DNA of 63,355 nucleotides, the filler included, from Octopus bimaculoides (lineage: Eukaryota), in the NCBI RefSeq assembly GCF_001194135.2. It is 6 parts of 5 records of this genome, joined end to end, with 100 filler letters (N's around TTAATTAATTAA, not from the genome) between each part and the next. Parts side by side here need not be neighbours in the genome. Positions count along the whole stretch, not along the records: positions 20,325 to 29,235 come from NC_068982.1; positions 29,336 to 49,960 come from NC_068996.1; 4 more parts are not named here. The stretch is one strand, 5' to 3'. The notes beneath the pieces were generated by a model. It saw only the letters and a program-made list of their open reading frames with translations, did not search any database and had not been told where the DNA came from. This document shows positions 21,266 through 33,595 of the stretch, one piece after another. The number at the start of each line of letters is the position of its first letter. Positions within the stretch are counted from its first letter, which is position 1. The translations under genes were made by a program, and so were the position numbers.

Positions 21266-21705
21266 GGTGGCGACCTGGCAGAATCGGTAGCACGCCGGGC
21301 AAAATGCTTACCGACATTTTGTCCGTCTTTATGTTCTGAGTTCAAATTCCGCCGAGGTCGACTTTGCCTTTCATCGTTTCAGGGTCGATAAAATAAGTAC
21401 CAGTAATGCACTGGAGTCGATGTAATCGATTAACCCCTTGTGCCTATAATTTCAGGCCTTGTGCCTATCGTTGAAAGGATTATTACAAAAGCAGTGAGCT
21501 AAAAGAATCGTTAGCGCGTCGGAGAAATTGCTTAGCGGGATTTCTTCCAGCGCTTTACGTTCTGAATTCAAATGCCGTCACAGTCGACTTTACTTCTGCA
21601 CACTTTTGGAACCAAGAAAATAAGAACTAGTTACGCACTGGGGTCGATGTAATTGACTGCCTACTCCCCTCAAAAATTGTTGGCCTTGTGTCATAATTAG
21701 AAATG
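21266..21705 (+). mobile_element. Two head-to-tail SINE family A copies
   Basis: ggtggcgacctggcagaatcggtagc... (21266-21485) and a more decayed gcagtgagctaaaagaatcgttagc... (21490-21705). Confidence 0.8.
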
Positions 21706-22499
21706 TTAATTACGAACTGTGACCGGAGAGACCGGAGGAAACTCACAGCCCAAAGTATTGGAGATATATGCAGAAGTTCAGAAATTATGTTAAGAACTAC
21801 GATAAATTCCAGCTCAGATAATATACCTAGATATGTGTATAAATACAAACTTGTTAACAATTCAAATATAATCGAGGCTTATTTGGAGCCCTAAGAAAGC
21901 CATTCACTGTATTTTGTAATGGAGAGCATTTCTTACCTTAGACAAATAGGTGGAAATAGACTAAGTCAGTTCACAGCATTCCCTAACCAGACTTGTAGAT
22001 GCATGCATTTCAGAGTGATTATTTTCTCTTCAGCAACAGAGACCAGAAAGGCATACACTACGAGCTGACATGAGACACAGGTCCAGCTTATGATATTCCT
22101 GTCATCGTTCAGTGACTGATTGTGTTTATGCAGTGGCTTGTTGTAAATAACATGTGGGGTGACAACGTTAAGCAGTGATGTGTAGAAATACAAATTTGTT
22201 ACCAGTTCAAACATGCTTGGGGTATATTCAGATCCGATTGAAAGCCATCCAGTGTAGTTTGTCATGGAGAAAAATTCTCGCTGTAGACAAATAGGTATAA
22301 ATACACCGAGTTAACTCACGGCCTTATCTAACCAGACTATGAGATGCATGCATTTCGGAGGGATTATCTCCTCTTTAGCAGCAGAGACCACAAAGATATT
22401 TAGATAGGATTTGGCCTGAATTAGTTCCGGTTATGACTAATTTAACAGCACCATCCGAAGAATGGCACTTGACTATCTTTCATGTTACAGTCATACGTT

Positions 22500-22720
22500 G
22501 GGCACCATTGCCCATGTAAATAAAAAGTTATTGTTTGAAGAAATATACCCGGATGTTAGTGGTTTATCTGGAATTTGTTGGAGGGAGATATTCGTCCAGA
22601 AACCGTTTAAATATTAGGGGAACGTTTTCTTCTCTTATGTGTCTTGGCATTCTCTTAAAGAGAGCAGGACCATTTGAAGTGAAATCGTTCTATCTTAGTG
22701 TTGTGATGCGACGCGAGATC
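22500..22720 (-). mobile_element. CR1/L2-group LINE 3' fragment
   Basis: FTSNGPALFKRMPRHIREENVPLIFKRFLDEYL..IPDKPLTSGY matches the GP.LFN.LP..IR...FK..LD..L..IPD.P..GY C-terminus. Confidence 0.7.
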
Positions 22721-22807
22721 TTTTCTTTCTCTCTCTTTCAATATTCCTTCCTTCCTTCCTTCCTTCCTTCCTTCCTTCCTTCCTTGTCTGCCTTCCTTCC
22801 TTCCTGC

Positions 22808-22845
<38 letters not shown>

Positions 22846-23315
22846 CTCATTTTCTTCTATATTCGCGTTCATAATTCTTTATCGTCTGCCAGTGAATATT
22901 ACAGAAACGTTACAACAATACGGAACAATGTACCAAACTGTTAGTTTAAGTGATGCAGGATGTAGGACATGTACACAGTCGAACATTTCCAAATGACTCT
23001 TGATAAAACTATTAAGGGGCTAAGGTCTCTCTTTATCGTCAAGTCCTCTACTGGGGGAAACTGGAAGGCGCCAGACGATCGACAGATTTTGTTGACCAAA
23101 GCGGAGACACAGCGTCCAGACAGTAACGCCATATTAGGTAGAGGTGTGCTGGTGAAGCTAAACTATATATTACATCAATTTGGTGAGATAACTGTCATGT
23201 CACTGGGCGTATGTCGGTCGGTTTAGGAGCGTAATTGTCAACATACATATTCACACATACATACATGTACGTACGTACGTATGTATGTATGTATGTATAT
23301 ATGTATGTATGTATG

Positions 23316-23349
<34 letters not shown>

Positions 23350-24036
23350 TGTATGTATGTATGTATGCATATATGTATGTATGTATGTATTATTGTGTAT
23401 ATATATCTATCTATATCTATCTATCTATCTATCTATCTATTTATCTATATATGTATATATATACATAAGCATTTAAATGCATACATTCATGCATACAGAT
23501 GTATAAATACGCACACATCCTTATGTACACATACATGGGTATATAAATACGTAAATATGAACATACATACCAACATACTTAGACATTTTAAAATAAACAT
23601 ACACACATATATATATATATACATATACACACACATTCTTACACACATATACGCGCACACATGTTTATGTGTAAAGTCTGTCCATGTCTCTGTATAAAAA
23701 TATTTGCATTTATATGTATGTATGTGTGTGTGTGTAGAAGTATATTTATACACGAATGCATGTATTTATGAATGTAAGTATGTATTTATCTTTTCTCGTC
23801 CAATTCTAGTTTTAAAACATCTTTCAAAACCGACCTATCCCTTACAGGGTTTCCCTATCAAACCCGTCAGCCTGGTATTGATATAATTCTCTAAATATAT
23901 TGATCAGCAATAGGCTGACACTGATTTCCGAAGATGATCTGCTGATTGTGCTGGATTATCCAGAAATATGTTGAGTTGAGAAATGAGAATAATAAATAAA
24001 AGGTTAAACTGATGTCATTTCCTTTCGGACTTTGTC

Positions 24037-24085
<49 letters not shown>

Positions 24086-24252
24086 TATGATAAGTAGCTT
24101 TATGTATATATAACATATTACATGCATGTATGTTTACGGTGATGTAACATTTCTTTTTATTATACATAACTTATAATCTTTTACAAAACTTTTTTAATAT
24201 TTACATTCTTTTACAATTCTGCAACAAGTAATGACTTGTGTCAAACGAGATT

Positions 24253-24399
24253 TAAGTTGACGATAACGAAATTAAAATTGACGATGGCGAAATCCAGAAA
24301 TACGACAACGTAATTGAGTCCCACAATAACGAAACTCAGGTTTACGATGAAGGATTTGAGGTAGACAACGACGGGATTGAAGTTGATAATGTCGAATTT
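24253..24399 (+). repeat. Degenerate 21-bp tandem repeat (7 units) with an acidic heptad reading
   Basis: Units such as aagttgacgataacgaaatta / aaattgacgatggcgaaatcc; one frame reads VDDNEIKIDDGEIQKYDNVIESHNNETQVYDEGFEVDNDGIEVDNVEFE. Confidence 0.7.
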
Positions 24400-24738
24400 G
24401 AGGGGCGGGTTGGGGGATTCCTGTAATGACAAGTATCTAATAAAAAACTTTTTTAAAGGGATCTTGTTCTTTCTGTAACCCTTTCTATGGCTGTTCCTCC
24501 TTTAAATTCTAGAATGTCTCGCAGATTGTCATTGTTTCTGGTATCGTGATAATTGGTGAGTATATTTAAGAATAATTATTCTAAATAACTTGAGGATACT
24601 CATTCTGCCTTGGTTTTAGATCTTTCCCTCTAATATAATATATAGCTGTGACCTTGGAACCTAACGGTCCACCAACTATAGCACTTACTCAGCGTACCTG
24701 TTCGTTTAAATCACAAGTAAACTAAATCCCTCATATTC

Positions 24739-24835
<97 letters not shown>

Positions 24836-25494
24836 TTATTTTATTATGCATGCATATATTACTATATAATTCATTCTTCTTTCTTTTTTTTTAATGTTTC
24901 GGTTGTCCTAGTAGATGCAGGGAGACGTAGATAAACTTAAATTCATTTCGTTCTGAATTGCAGCTTATCAATATACCGCAACACGAGATAAAGCTACATG
25001 GTCATTTAAAACATTTAGGAACTATATAAACGGTCGACTTTTCTTTTTTTTCTTTCCATTTTTTTAAATGGTGGAGAAAAGATGTGGGAGAAAGAGGGTA
25101 TTAAAAGCCCCTGAGTCCCTTACAATTTAGATTACCATTAACCTTATACAGAGTACGATCAATATTTTTTAATTCTTTTACTTTTAACAGCGGAGGAGAG
25201 ATTGACTGATAGAAAGTATCTTACGGGTTTACGCGTTTCATTCTGGGAGTCTTTCAAGGGTTTTATTTTATTTCTCCCATTTATCATGTTTTTTCTTCTT
25301 TTCTTTTCCAGTTCATATTCGCCCAGTTTGTTAGTTCTTCATGTAGACACGATTACCGTTTTCTCTACGAACTACATAAAGCCCTTTTTTGTTCTTCTCG
25401 GGTGCGAATGTGGGATTTTTGGTCGTTTTCCCCCCCTCGGCTGTATGTCACATCGGGATGATTTCGTATTAGTTTCCAGTTTTCCATCTCGCCA

Positions 25495-25600
25495 TGACGT
25501 CTTACCATCAGTTTGTTGTGTTGCATTCAGATTTCGACCGTTGTCTAACACACACGTGTGAAATTTGACTGGTGACCGCCGTTGCTGCCATCTGCGGTTT
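25495..25600 (-). promoter_or_regulatory. Candidate CpG-rich promoter/first exon ending ATG|GTAAGA
   Basis: CpG-enriched patch with GCCATCT (YY1-like, 25587-25593), CACGTG (25553-25558), TGACGTC (25495-25501) and a strong minus-strand donor directly after an ATG (25508-25506). Confidence 0.35.
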
Positions 25601-27170
25601 TTATTTTTAGCTTAAGCGGCAGATAGAAATATGGTTTGCTAAGAAATAACAGTGGGGTGGGGTGGGTGTATAAATTCCCCTCAAGGGGAGAGAATCACTG
25701 AGAGAAAGACTTTTCTTTTTGTTTTATATACGTATTTTATTATGCGATTATATATTTCTATATAATTCATTCATATTTTTTGTTTTTTTTGTTTTAGTTG
25801 TCCTAGTAGATGCAAATATATATNNNNNNNNNNNNNNNNNNNNNNNNNNNNNNNNNNNNNNNNNNNNNNNNNNNNNNNNNNNNNNNNNNNNNNNNNNNNN
25901 NNNNNNNNNNNNNNNNNNNNNNNNNNNNNNNNNNNNNNNNNNNNNNTCGATTATAAGTTGTGTTCACCTCATGAAGGGATGGTTTCATCCAAGGAAATAC
26001 TGGTTCAATTCCTAGTATTTTGGGGGAATTAATTTCCTTAAAATGATAGGTATATGTATAAAAACATATAGTTTATATTCATATAAAAGAAGAAAAAAGA
26101 AAATGGAGTTTGGGAAGTTAATAATTGTTTATTATTAGCAGCAAATCCCTTACAGCTGTTTCAATTAATGCTCAGTCAATATTAAATAAATATTAAATTT
26201 ATATGACCTGAGCATAATATCTTCAGAGGGAGAAAAACATACCCTTGGCTGTTTTATATGTGTTTATGGACTCATTATAGCAGACTGGATGATACGGTTT
26301 ATGATTTGTATTGTTATATGTTCGGGCAAGGAGTTTACAGGTTGATTGGAGATACGATAGAGTTGGTAAATAGAATTAGAGTAATAAATGAATAAATTAA
26401 ATAAAGGTGATTGAGGGAATTTAAATATAAATAAGGTAAGTTTCATATTTGAATTTATTATTCATACGTATGCATTGTCCGGGCATATCAGCCCATAGTT
26501 GCCGTGTCCAATGTGCTCCGTTGTACAACAGAATTGAACCAGAAACCACGTTGTAATAAAGCGAGTTTTTTAAGTAAAGCCATGGCTTCACCACCACCAA
26601 CAACCTCATTTCTTTGTCCCTTCCCATATTGAGCTAATTCCTCCACCGCCTTCCTCCAGTTCCACCGCATCTCTCAGACACCATTCTTATATAAGCAACA
26701 CCAATTTCCTTCAACCACGATTTTCTTTTGATCACACAAAACCATGGAGAGGTGACTGACGAAATAAATCTTTTCCATTTTTTAAAAATATTTCTATTAT
26801 TTCGCATAGCACAGTTGAAATGCTCATATCTCGCAGTTCAAATCGCCTTCTTTCTCTCTCTCTTTCTCTCTTTTTCTTTCTCTCTTTTTCTTTCTTTCTT
26901 TAGTTACCCAATTAATTTTCTTTCATTATCATCTCATTGTGTCTTCTTTCGTGGCGTGAAATTGCTTAATTTCATTAAAATGTCTAAAATTGACTTTTAC
27001 TCTAGAATTCTTTCAACCTCATTGCCTGTCTTTCTGTCGATCTGTTTCTGCCAGTTTCTCTCTCTCTCTCTCTCTCTCCCTTTCACTTCTGCATGTTTCA
27101 CTGACAAACAGTCTTTCTCCCCGCGTTAATTTACCTACCAACCTACCAACCTATCTATCTATCTATCTTC

Positions 27171-27201
<31 letters not shown>

Positions 27202-27239
27202 TCTATCTATGTATGGATATATATATATATATTATAGAT

Positions 27240-27984
27240 ACTCTTACTCTTTTACACGTTTCAGTCATTTGACTGTGGTCATGCTAGAGCACTGACTCGA
27301 GGACTTATTCTTTGTAAGCCTAGTACTTATTCTATCGGTCTCTTTTGCCAAACCGCTAAGTTTCGGGGACATAAACACACCAACATCGGTTGTCAAGCGA
27401 AGGTGGGAGGACAAACACAGACACACAAACACACACACATAAATATATATGCATATATATATATATGTATATGCACGACGGGCTTCTTTCAGTTTCCGTC
27501 TACCAAATCTACTCACAAGGCTTTGGTCGGCCCGGAAGACACTTGCCCAAGGTGCCACACAGTGGGACTGAACCTGAAACCATATGGCTGGTAAGCAAGC
27601 TACTTACCACACAGCCAGTCCTGCTACTCTCTATATATATCTATTACAGGGCGGCGAGCTGGCAGAGTCGTTAGCACGCCGGATGAAATGCTTTGCGGTA
27701 TTTCGTCTGTCTGTACGTTCCGAGTTCAAATTCCATCGAGGTCGACTTTACCTTTCATCCTTTCGGGGTCGATTAAATAAGTACCAGTTACGCATTGGGG
27801 TCGATATAATCGACTTAATGTCTTTGTCTGTCCTTGTTTGTCTCCTCTATGTTTAGCCCCCTGTGGGCAATAAAGGAAGATATATATATATATTCTCTAG
27901 GCAAAAGGCCCGAAAATTTTGGGAAAGGGGCCAGTCGATTTGATCGACCCAGTACGCAGCTAGTACTCAATTTAACGACCCCGA
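27240..27984. mobile_element. SINE cluster: family B (-, 27240-27624), A2 (+, 27650-27880), partial A1 (-, 27892-27984)
   Basis: Direct similarity to other window copies. Confidence 0.85.
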
Positions 27985-28056
27985 NNNNNNNNNNNNNNNN
28001 NNNNNNNNNNNNNNNNNNNNNNNNNNNNNNNNNNNNNNNNNNNNNNNNNNNNNNNN

Positions 28057-28107
<51 letters not shown>

Positions 28108-28408
28108 TTGTATGTGTGTGTGTGTGCTTTTCCTAGTTTCACGCGAATACATGCATTACATATACGCACATATGAATGCAAAAATACATACATTCTCCCC
28201 TCTCTCTATCCTCTTTTTACACAGACACACACACACACACACCACACACACACCTTTAATCTAACACTTTAGATATCTCCTCAAACTTCTTTCATTTCGT
28301 CCTCTTTCATTTTTCCTTTTCTCTTCTCCTCTCTTCTTACTCTCCCTCTCACTACACTCTTTCCCACCCACATACTTTCTCATTCTTTCTGTAGCCTATC
28401 ATTACCAA

Positions 28409-28513
<105 letters not shown>

Positions 28514-28596
28514 CAATCTCATTCACTCTCTCAGTATTGGCAAGGAATGGTCCACGATAGGAGAATTCACATCACAGAAATCATCAATATAAGTCG

Positions 28597-28664
<68 letters not shown>

Positions 28665-28947
28665 GTTTCTCTCTCTGTCTCTCTCTCNNNNNNNNNNTCT
28701 CTCTCTCTCTGTTTCTCTCTCTGTCTCTCTCTCTGTGTCTCTCTCTGTCTCTCTCTCTGTGTCTCTCTCTGTCTCTCTCTCTGTCTCTCCCTCTCTCTCC
28801 CTGTCTCTCTCTCTATATATATGTATTATATATACATAGTTTCGTCTCTCCTCCCCTCTCTCTACGTTGCTATTCATGTCTGTTTGCTACTTCGTGCCTT
28901 CCTCCCTCAGTTTCATCTCCTCTAATTCACTCACTCATTCCATTACC

Positions 28948-28992
<45 letters not shown>

Positions 28993-29235
28993 TCCCTGTC
29001 TCTCTCTCTTCATCCCACCCCCCTTCTCCGTCCATGTCAATCCTCACGTTCCAAACCGACCATTAATGCAATGGTCTGCTGGAGTTGTCTCGATGTCGTT
29101 TGTCACTTCAATCAAATGTCGTCGATTAATTAACCTACCAGTGTTAATTAGATGACCTGCTGCGTGCGGTCGTGTGTGGCGGTTGGCGGGGGAAAACGAG
29201 CAGCAAACAGCAGCAGCAGCAAAGGCAGCCAAAGT

Positions 29236-29335
29236 NNNNNNNNNNNNNNNNNNNNNNNNNNNNNNNNNNNNNNNNNNNNTTAATTAATTAANNNNNNNNN
29301 NNNNNNNNNNNNNNNNNNNNNNNNNNNNNNNNNNN
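29236..29335. other. Artificial scaffold-joining linker
   Basis: 44N-TTAATTAATTAA-44N. Confidence 0.97.
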
Positions 29336-29414
29336 AAACAATTTTATAAGCTCTACAGTCTGTTTTTCAGCCATTGTTATTACGATGAATAATTTTACGG
29401 TAAAGTAAGCATGT

Positions 29415-29729
29415 AATCCTATCGGCGACGCCAATAAACTCTGTTGTATTTCCCTCGGGAGACTCGCAGAGATAACACAACGAGTTGTACAATTTAATTA
29501 TTACATTTATTATTCAATTACATACAAAGAACGCACTCACCCAATGTTCGTTATGAATAAACAAGAATCATGTCCGCCATATATATCAATGACATTTTAC
29601 TACGACAGTCACACAAGACAACAACAATGAAACAATGAACTCAGACGAACCACAGTGACACACGGAACGTCAGACGAATAACATATCCAACAGTCCATAT
29701 ACCAGTTATTAAACGGAAGTTTCCATGAC
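29415..29729 (-). mobile_element. Candidate LTR (29729-29442, TG...AATACAACA) followed by a tRNA-Ser-like primer-binding site (29433-29415)
   Basis: Minus strand starts TGTCATG, contains AATAAA, ends aatacaaca, then after 8 nt TGGCGTCGCCGATAGGATT, similar to the complement of a tRNA-Ser 3' end. Confidence 0.5.
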
Positions 29730-29732
29730 ATG

Positions 29733-31230
29733 TTATCGATCATTTTCTGCTATTAGCTTTTCACAGCACTCTACGTTTTCCGTCGACTTGCAGCAGGCCC
29801 TTGCGGTAAGCACTACTGTCTCCATTCCACTATGCCCCAAGAACAGTTGTGCGAATTGTCTCTGTAAAGCTGCATACATCTTTTTGGAATCGAATATTAT
29901 GAGTTCGTCCTCGTTTTTCAAAGACCAAATTATGGCTTTGTTGTTAAATCACGTCTCTGACACCTAAGCCCATCAAATGTTTTCATTTGTCCATATCTTA
30001 GAGCACGCATTTTAGCTTTAACCACGCAACTGTGTTTCACATTAAATAGATATTGAAGGATCACTTTCGTCGCTGATATGTCAGTCATGATGCTTTCTCT
30101 TATCGTCTCTCCTAATTTACTCACTAACTCTTGTTCTAATCTATTTTATTTACCATTACTTTATAGTTGAAACCCACTGATTCTACTCTTCTCTCTCTTT
30201 TCAAATCGTTCCATGACCAGTTGTTGGTGACTGCTTCCGTCAGTTGCTTCTAATCCGATATATATGAGATCTACGCGTTGGAACGATACGTTCAGCTTCC
30301 ATAACTGGATCCCTGTTTGTGAATACTATCTAGGTCGACTACGCAGATCGAAAATTTGTCGCCTGTATAACTAACCAGTGAAAATTTCAGACATTCAACA
30401 TCATTTCTACCAGCTGGCTTACTTCTATCCTATCTAAATACAATTTGTATGACCAATGCGGTGTTTCTCAATGTCTATTGTCACATTTGAGAAATCCAGT
30501 CAGTACTTGTCAGACAGTAGGAAACATTTGAGTAAGTTTCCGTGATATTTTCATCTACTTCTTGTCATCCAGTACCGTGCAAACCCCATTGTGCATTTAC
30601 GATGTCGTTCCAGTCCCATTTAGTATTAAATTACATGATGTCTCCCAGAACACTTCTAGGCGGTTAAAAAATTTTGCCAGGTTACCCTTGCTGGGCATAG
30701 ACGATCACTTGTGTGTAGGCACCACCTCCGCTAACACTAACATCCATGACTACAAACTTAATGATCGAATCAAGGAAGATCGTCCGTACACCGAAATCCA
30801 AACTTCTCCAAAACAACACTGCCACACAGTCTAAGGGATATATGTTTCTTGTAGACGTCGAAAATGGGCGCGAGAGCCTATATCCGAAAATCTTGGTTTC
30901 ACTGATTACTACCACAAACGTATCTAATAACCTGAGGTTATTAAGTGTCCAATATCACCCTCGGCCACATCAATATTCATACTACCGTGTTGGTAGGAAA
31001 AATGAATGTGGAGGAAGCTACTTTACTGGGGCTTGTTGAAGAACAGGTAATTCAATCATCGAGGCGTTTTGGGGTTCCTTAATAGCATTCTCAGAATTTA
31101 GTGGATAGTTTTTCGATATATCCGTTCATTTTGATGCTAACCAATCGCATATTTTCCTAGTTTTCTGTTATGATTTCATTCGTTTCGTTTCCTTTTAACT
31201 CTTTGTCAGTCCAAAGTATTTTCATAAATA
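29733..31230 (-). mobile_element. Heavily decayed Gypsy/Ty3 pol remnant
   Basis: Ordered, frameshifted remnants: protease-like LLDTFVVVISE (~30930), RT-like GIQLWKLNVSFQRVDLIYIG (~30320-30255), linker TDISATKVILQ, integrase Zn-binding QLFLGHSGMETVVLTAR (~29850-29800). Confidence 0.45.
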
Positions 31231-31889
31231 TGTCCTAGACATCCATGTTTGTTTTCAGACTTTTGTTTCATACGTTCTGAGTAATATAAAGCTTTTCTTG
31301 TATAAGTCCTATGTTACATTAGTAGCTGAAAAATTGGGAATGTGTATCATATATGATGCATGGATGCCGGGGAAATATGTTCTATCACATGTGATACACA
31401 GGACAGGCAGAAGGTTAAGAAATTCACCATTTCACTTATCTTTTCACAAAAAGGAATGAGTTAGTTCTTATGTGCTTCGTTGTTGCTTGCCATATTTTTT
31501 CCTTGTAGTTGTTGCGGCCGTGTTTCCTGTTATTGATCGTATGGTGCTGCTGTGGACGCGGATTTAGATGTTTTTGCTGTGGCTGTGGTTTTGGTAGTGA
31601 CGATGTGGATATATGGATGGTTAAAAGATAGAGGACTTCTGCCTCCTCGCCCTTGCTTGCTTTCTGGATGGGACAGGATTATCTTTTCCTAACGTTTTTA
31701 AGTTTCCCCCACTTCACCGCACGAAGAGTTATCTGACTCACAAATTTCTGTGTTGGAGAAGGAGAATGTTTCTGAGTATGTTTGCATTTTACAAGAATAT
31801 AGGCAAATCGACTGGAGTGCTTTTGAAGGGTTTTGCTGGTGCGTCATAGATTTGTCATGGGGTGGAGTGGGATTCCTCTTGATGTTATT

Positions 31890-32106
31890 TATTTCTTTAT
31901 TGCCTACAGTGGGCTAAACAAAGAGGAGACAAACAAGGGATTAAGTCGATTACATTGACCTCAGTGCGTAAATAGTACTTATTTAATTGACTCCGAAAGG
32001 ATGAAAGGCAAAGTCGACCTCGGCGCAGTTTGAACTCAGAACGTAACGGCAGACGAAATACCGCTAAATTTCGCCCGGCGTGCTAACCTTTCTGCCAGCT
32101 CGCCGC
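31890..32106 (-). mobile_element. SINE A2, full length, with 15-bp target-site duplication
   Basis: cctcttgatgttatt at 31875-31889 and 32107-32121. Confidence 0.9.
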
Positions 32107-33075
32107 CCTCTTGATGTTATTGTTGCTGTTCTTGTTGGTATTGTAGCTGTAGTTGCTAACTCTGTTGCTGTTGCTAGTGTTTCTTTTAATATTGTAATTG
32201 TTGCACGTTGAGCGAAATGCTTAGCGGCATTTCGTTCCGTCTTTACGTTCGGTGTCGATGAAATAAGTACTAGTTGAGCACTGGTAGGGGGATCGATGTA
32301 ATCGACTTGTCCACTTTCTTGAACTTGCTGGCCTTATGCGAAAATTTGAAACCAATATTGAAGTTGCTGCTATTGTTGTGTTTGTGGTGCCGGCAGCAAC
32401 GGGGAAGTTTTTCGCTCGCCCGCTCTCGTCAGTAGATAGTCCTCAGTGAGTAGATAATCCTTACTGAGCAGATAATCCTTAAATATGTAGTACCACATAT
32501 TTAAGACATTGGCCTTCTAACCCACCCCCCAAAAAACAAAACAAAAAAAAAACAAACAAACTGCTTTACCGAGTCTATCAGATTGGGAATGGTTTCGATT
32601 TTCTTACGGTTTATCTGTATAAACAGCTTCAGGCCTCTCTCTGATCAATTCTACAGACACAATCTCCGTACCTCTGCGATCCTTTTGTCATCCTCGATAT
32701 CAAACAAGATGGCTATCACTACATACTTGATTTCCACTTCTTGAGGTGCATCTCATATCTTCACCATCACTAGGTATCAACTAATGTAAGACAGAAAGCG
32801 CATAAAACAGCATTGGGAGTGTGCTTTCTTGCCCCGATCTCTTAGGCAAATCTCACATCCGCGATATCATGTTTGCCATATTTGATGAAAATCTAATGTA
32901 CCTATTTAGACTGAAAGCATTTTTCTTCCTACATTCGTCAGTCTTTCGATAGGTCAAACTACATCGTTTTGCTTCTTCAAGTTCAATACAACTCTACTTA
33001 CCGATAACCAATAACAGAGAAACTGATTAGGGCGCGCACACGCATGTATAGAAGCGTTTAGGATATGTGCGTGTA

Positions 33076-33087
33076 TGCGCATGCGCG
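33076..33087. promoter_or_regulatory. NRF1-like motif TGCGCATGCGCG near a strong minus-strand donor (TCG|GTAAGT, 33001-32996)
   Basis: Motif match only; may derive from (CA)/(TG) microsatellite decay. Confidence 0.2.
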
Positions 33088-33595
33088 CTTATGCACGGTT
33101 TGAATCATTTCCACACTTCTTCTTTCTCTTGCGCTTCAATACGTAAGTTAATATTGCTGCTATTATTAATATGTTCAAGGCGTCGAGCCGGTAGTGTTGG
33201 CTGCACGCTGGAGAAAAGGCTTAGTGGCATTTCTTCCGGTTTTACATTCTAAGTTCAAATGCTGCTGAGAACCACTTTGCCTTTCATCCGTTCGGAATCG
33301 ATAAAACAAGGTACCAGTCCATGTATTCAACTTACTCACGCCCACGAAATTACTTGCCTTGTGCCAAAATTTCAAACCAATATGTTTGCAAGTTTTTTTT
33401 TTCCGAGCTTCGTCCGCCATTGTAGTGATGAGTTTTGTGGCTTCGTTAATTTGAACTTGCCTGAAGATGTGACTGTGCACTGGGAAAACTCTGGACTAAC
33501 AAGCCACTAGACAAACTAAAATTATTAAACTTTACATATACATTGAGATCCTCTTCGGGTCTTTATCCAAAAACATAAGCAAATTTTTTTATACA

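Noticed and set aside
26421-26670. GC-richer stretch with overlapping 60-68 aa ORFs
   Set aside because: No frame resembles a known domain; no convincing splice sites.
32560-33000. Possible exons downstream of the donor at 33001
   Set aside because: Better explained as a very decayed LINE RT remnant (…DDKRIAE…GLKL…INRKK); too weak to annotate.
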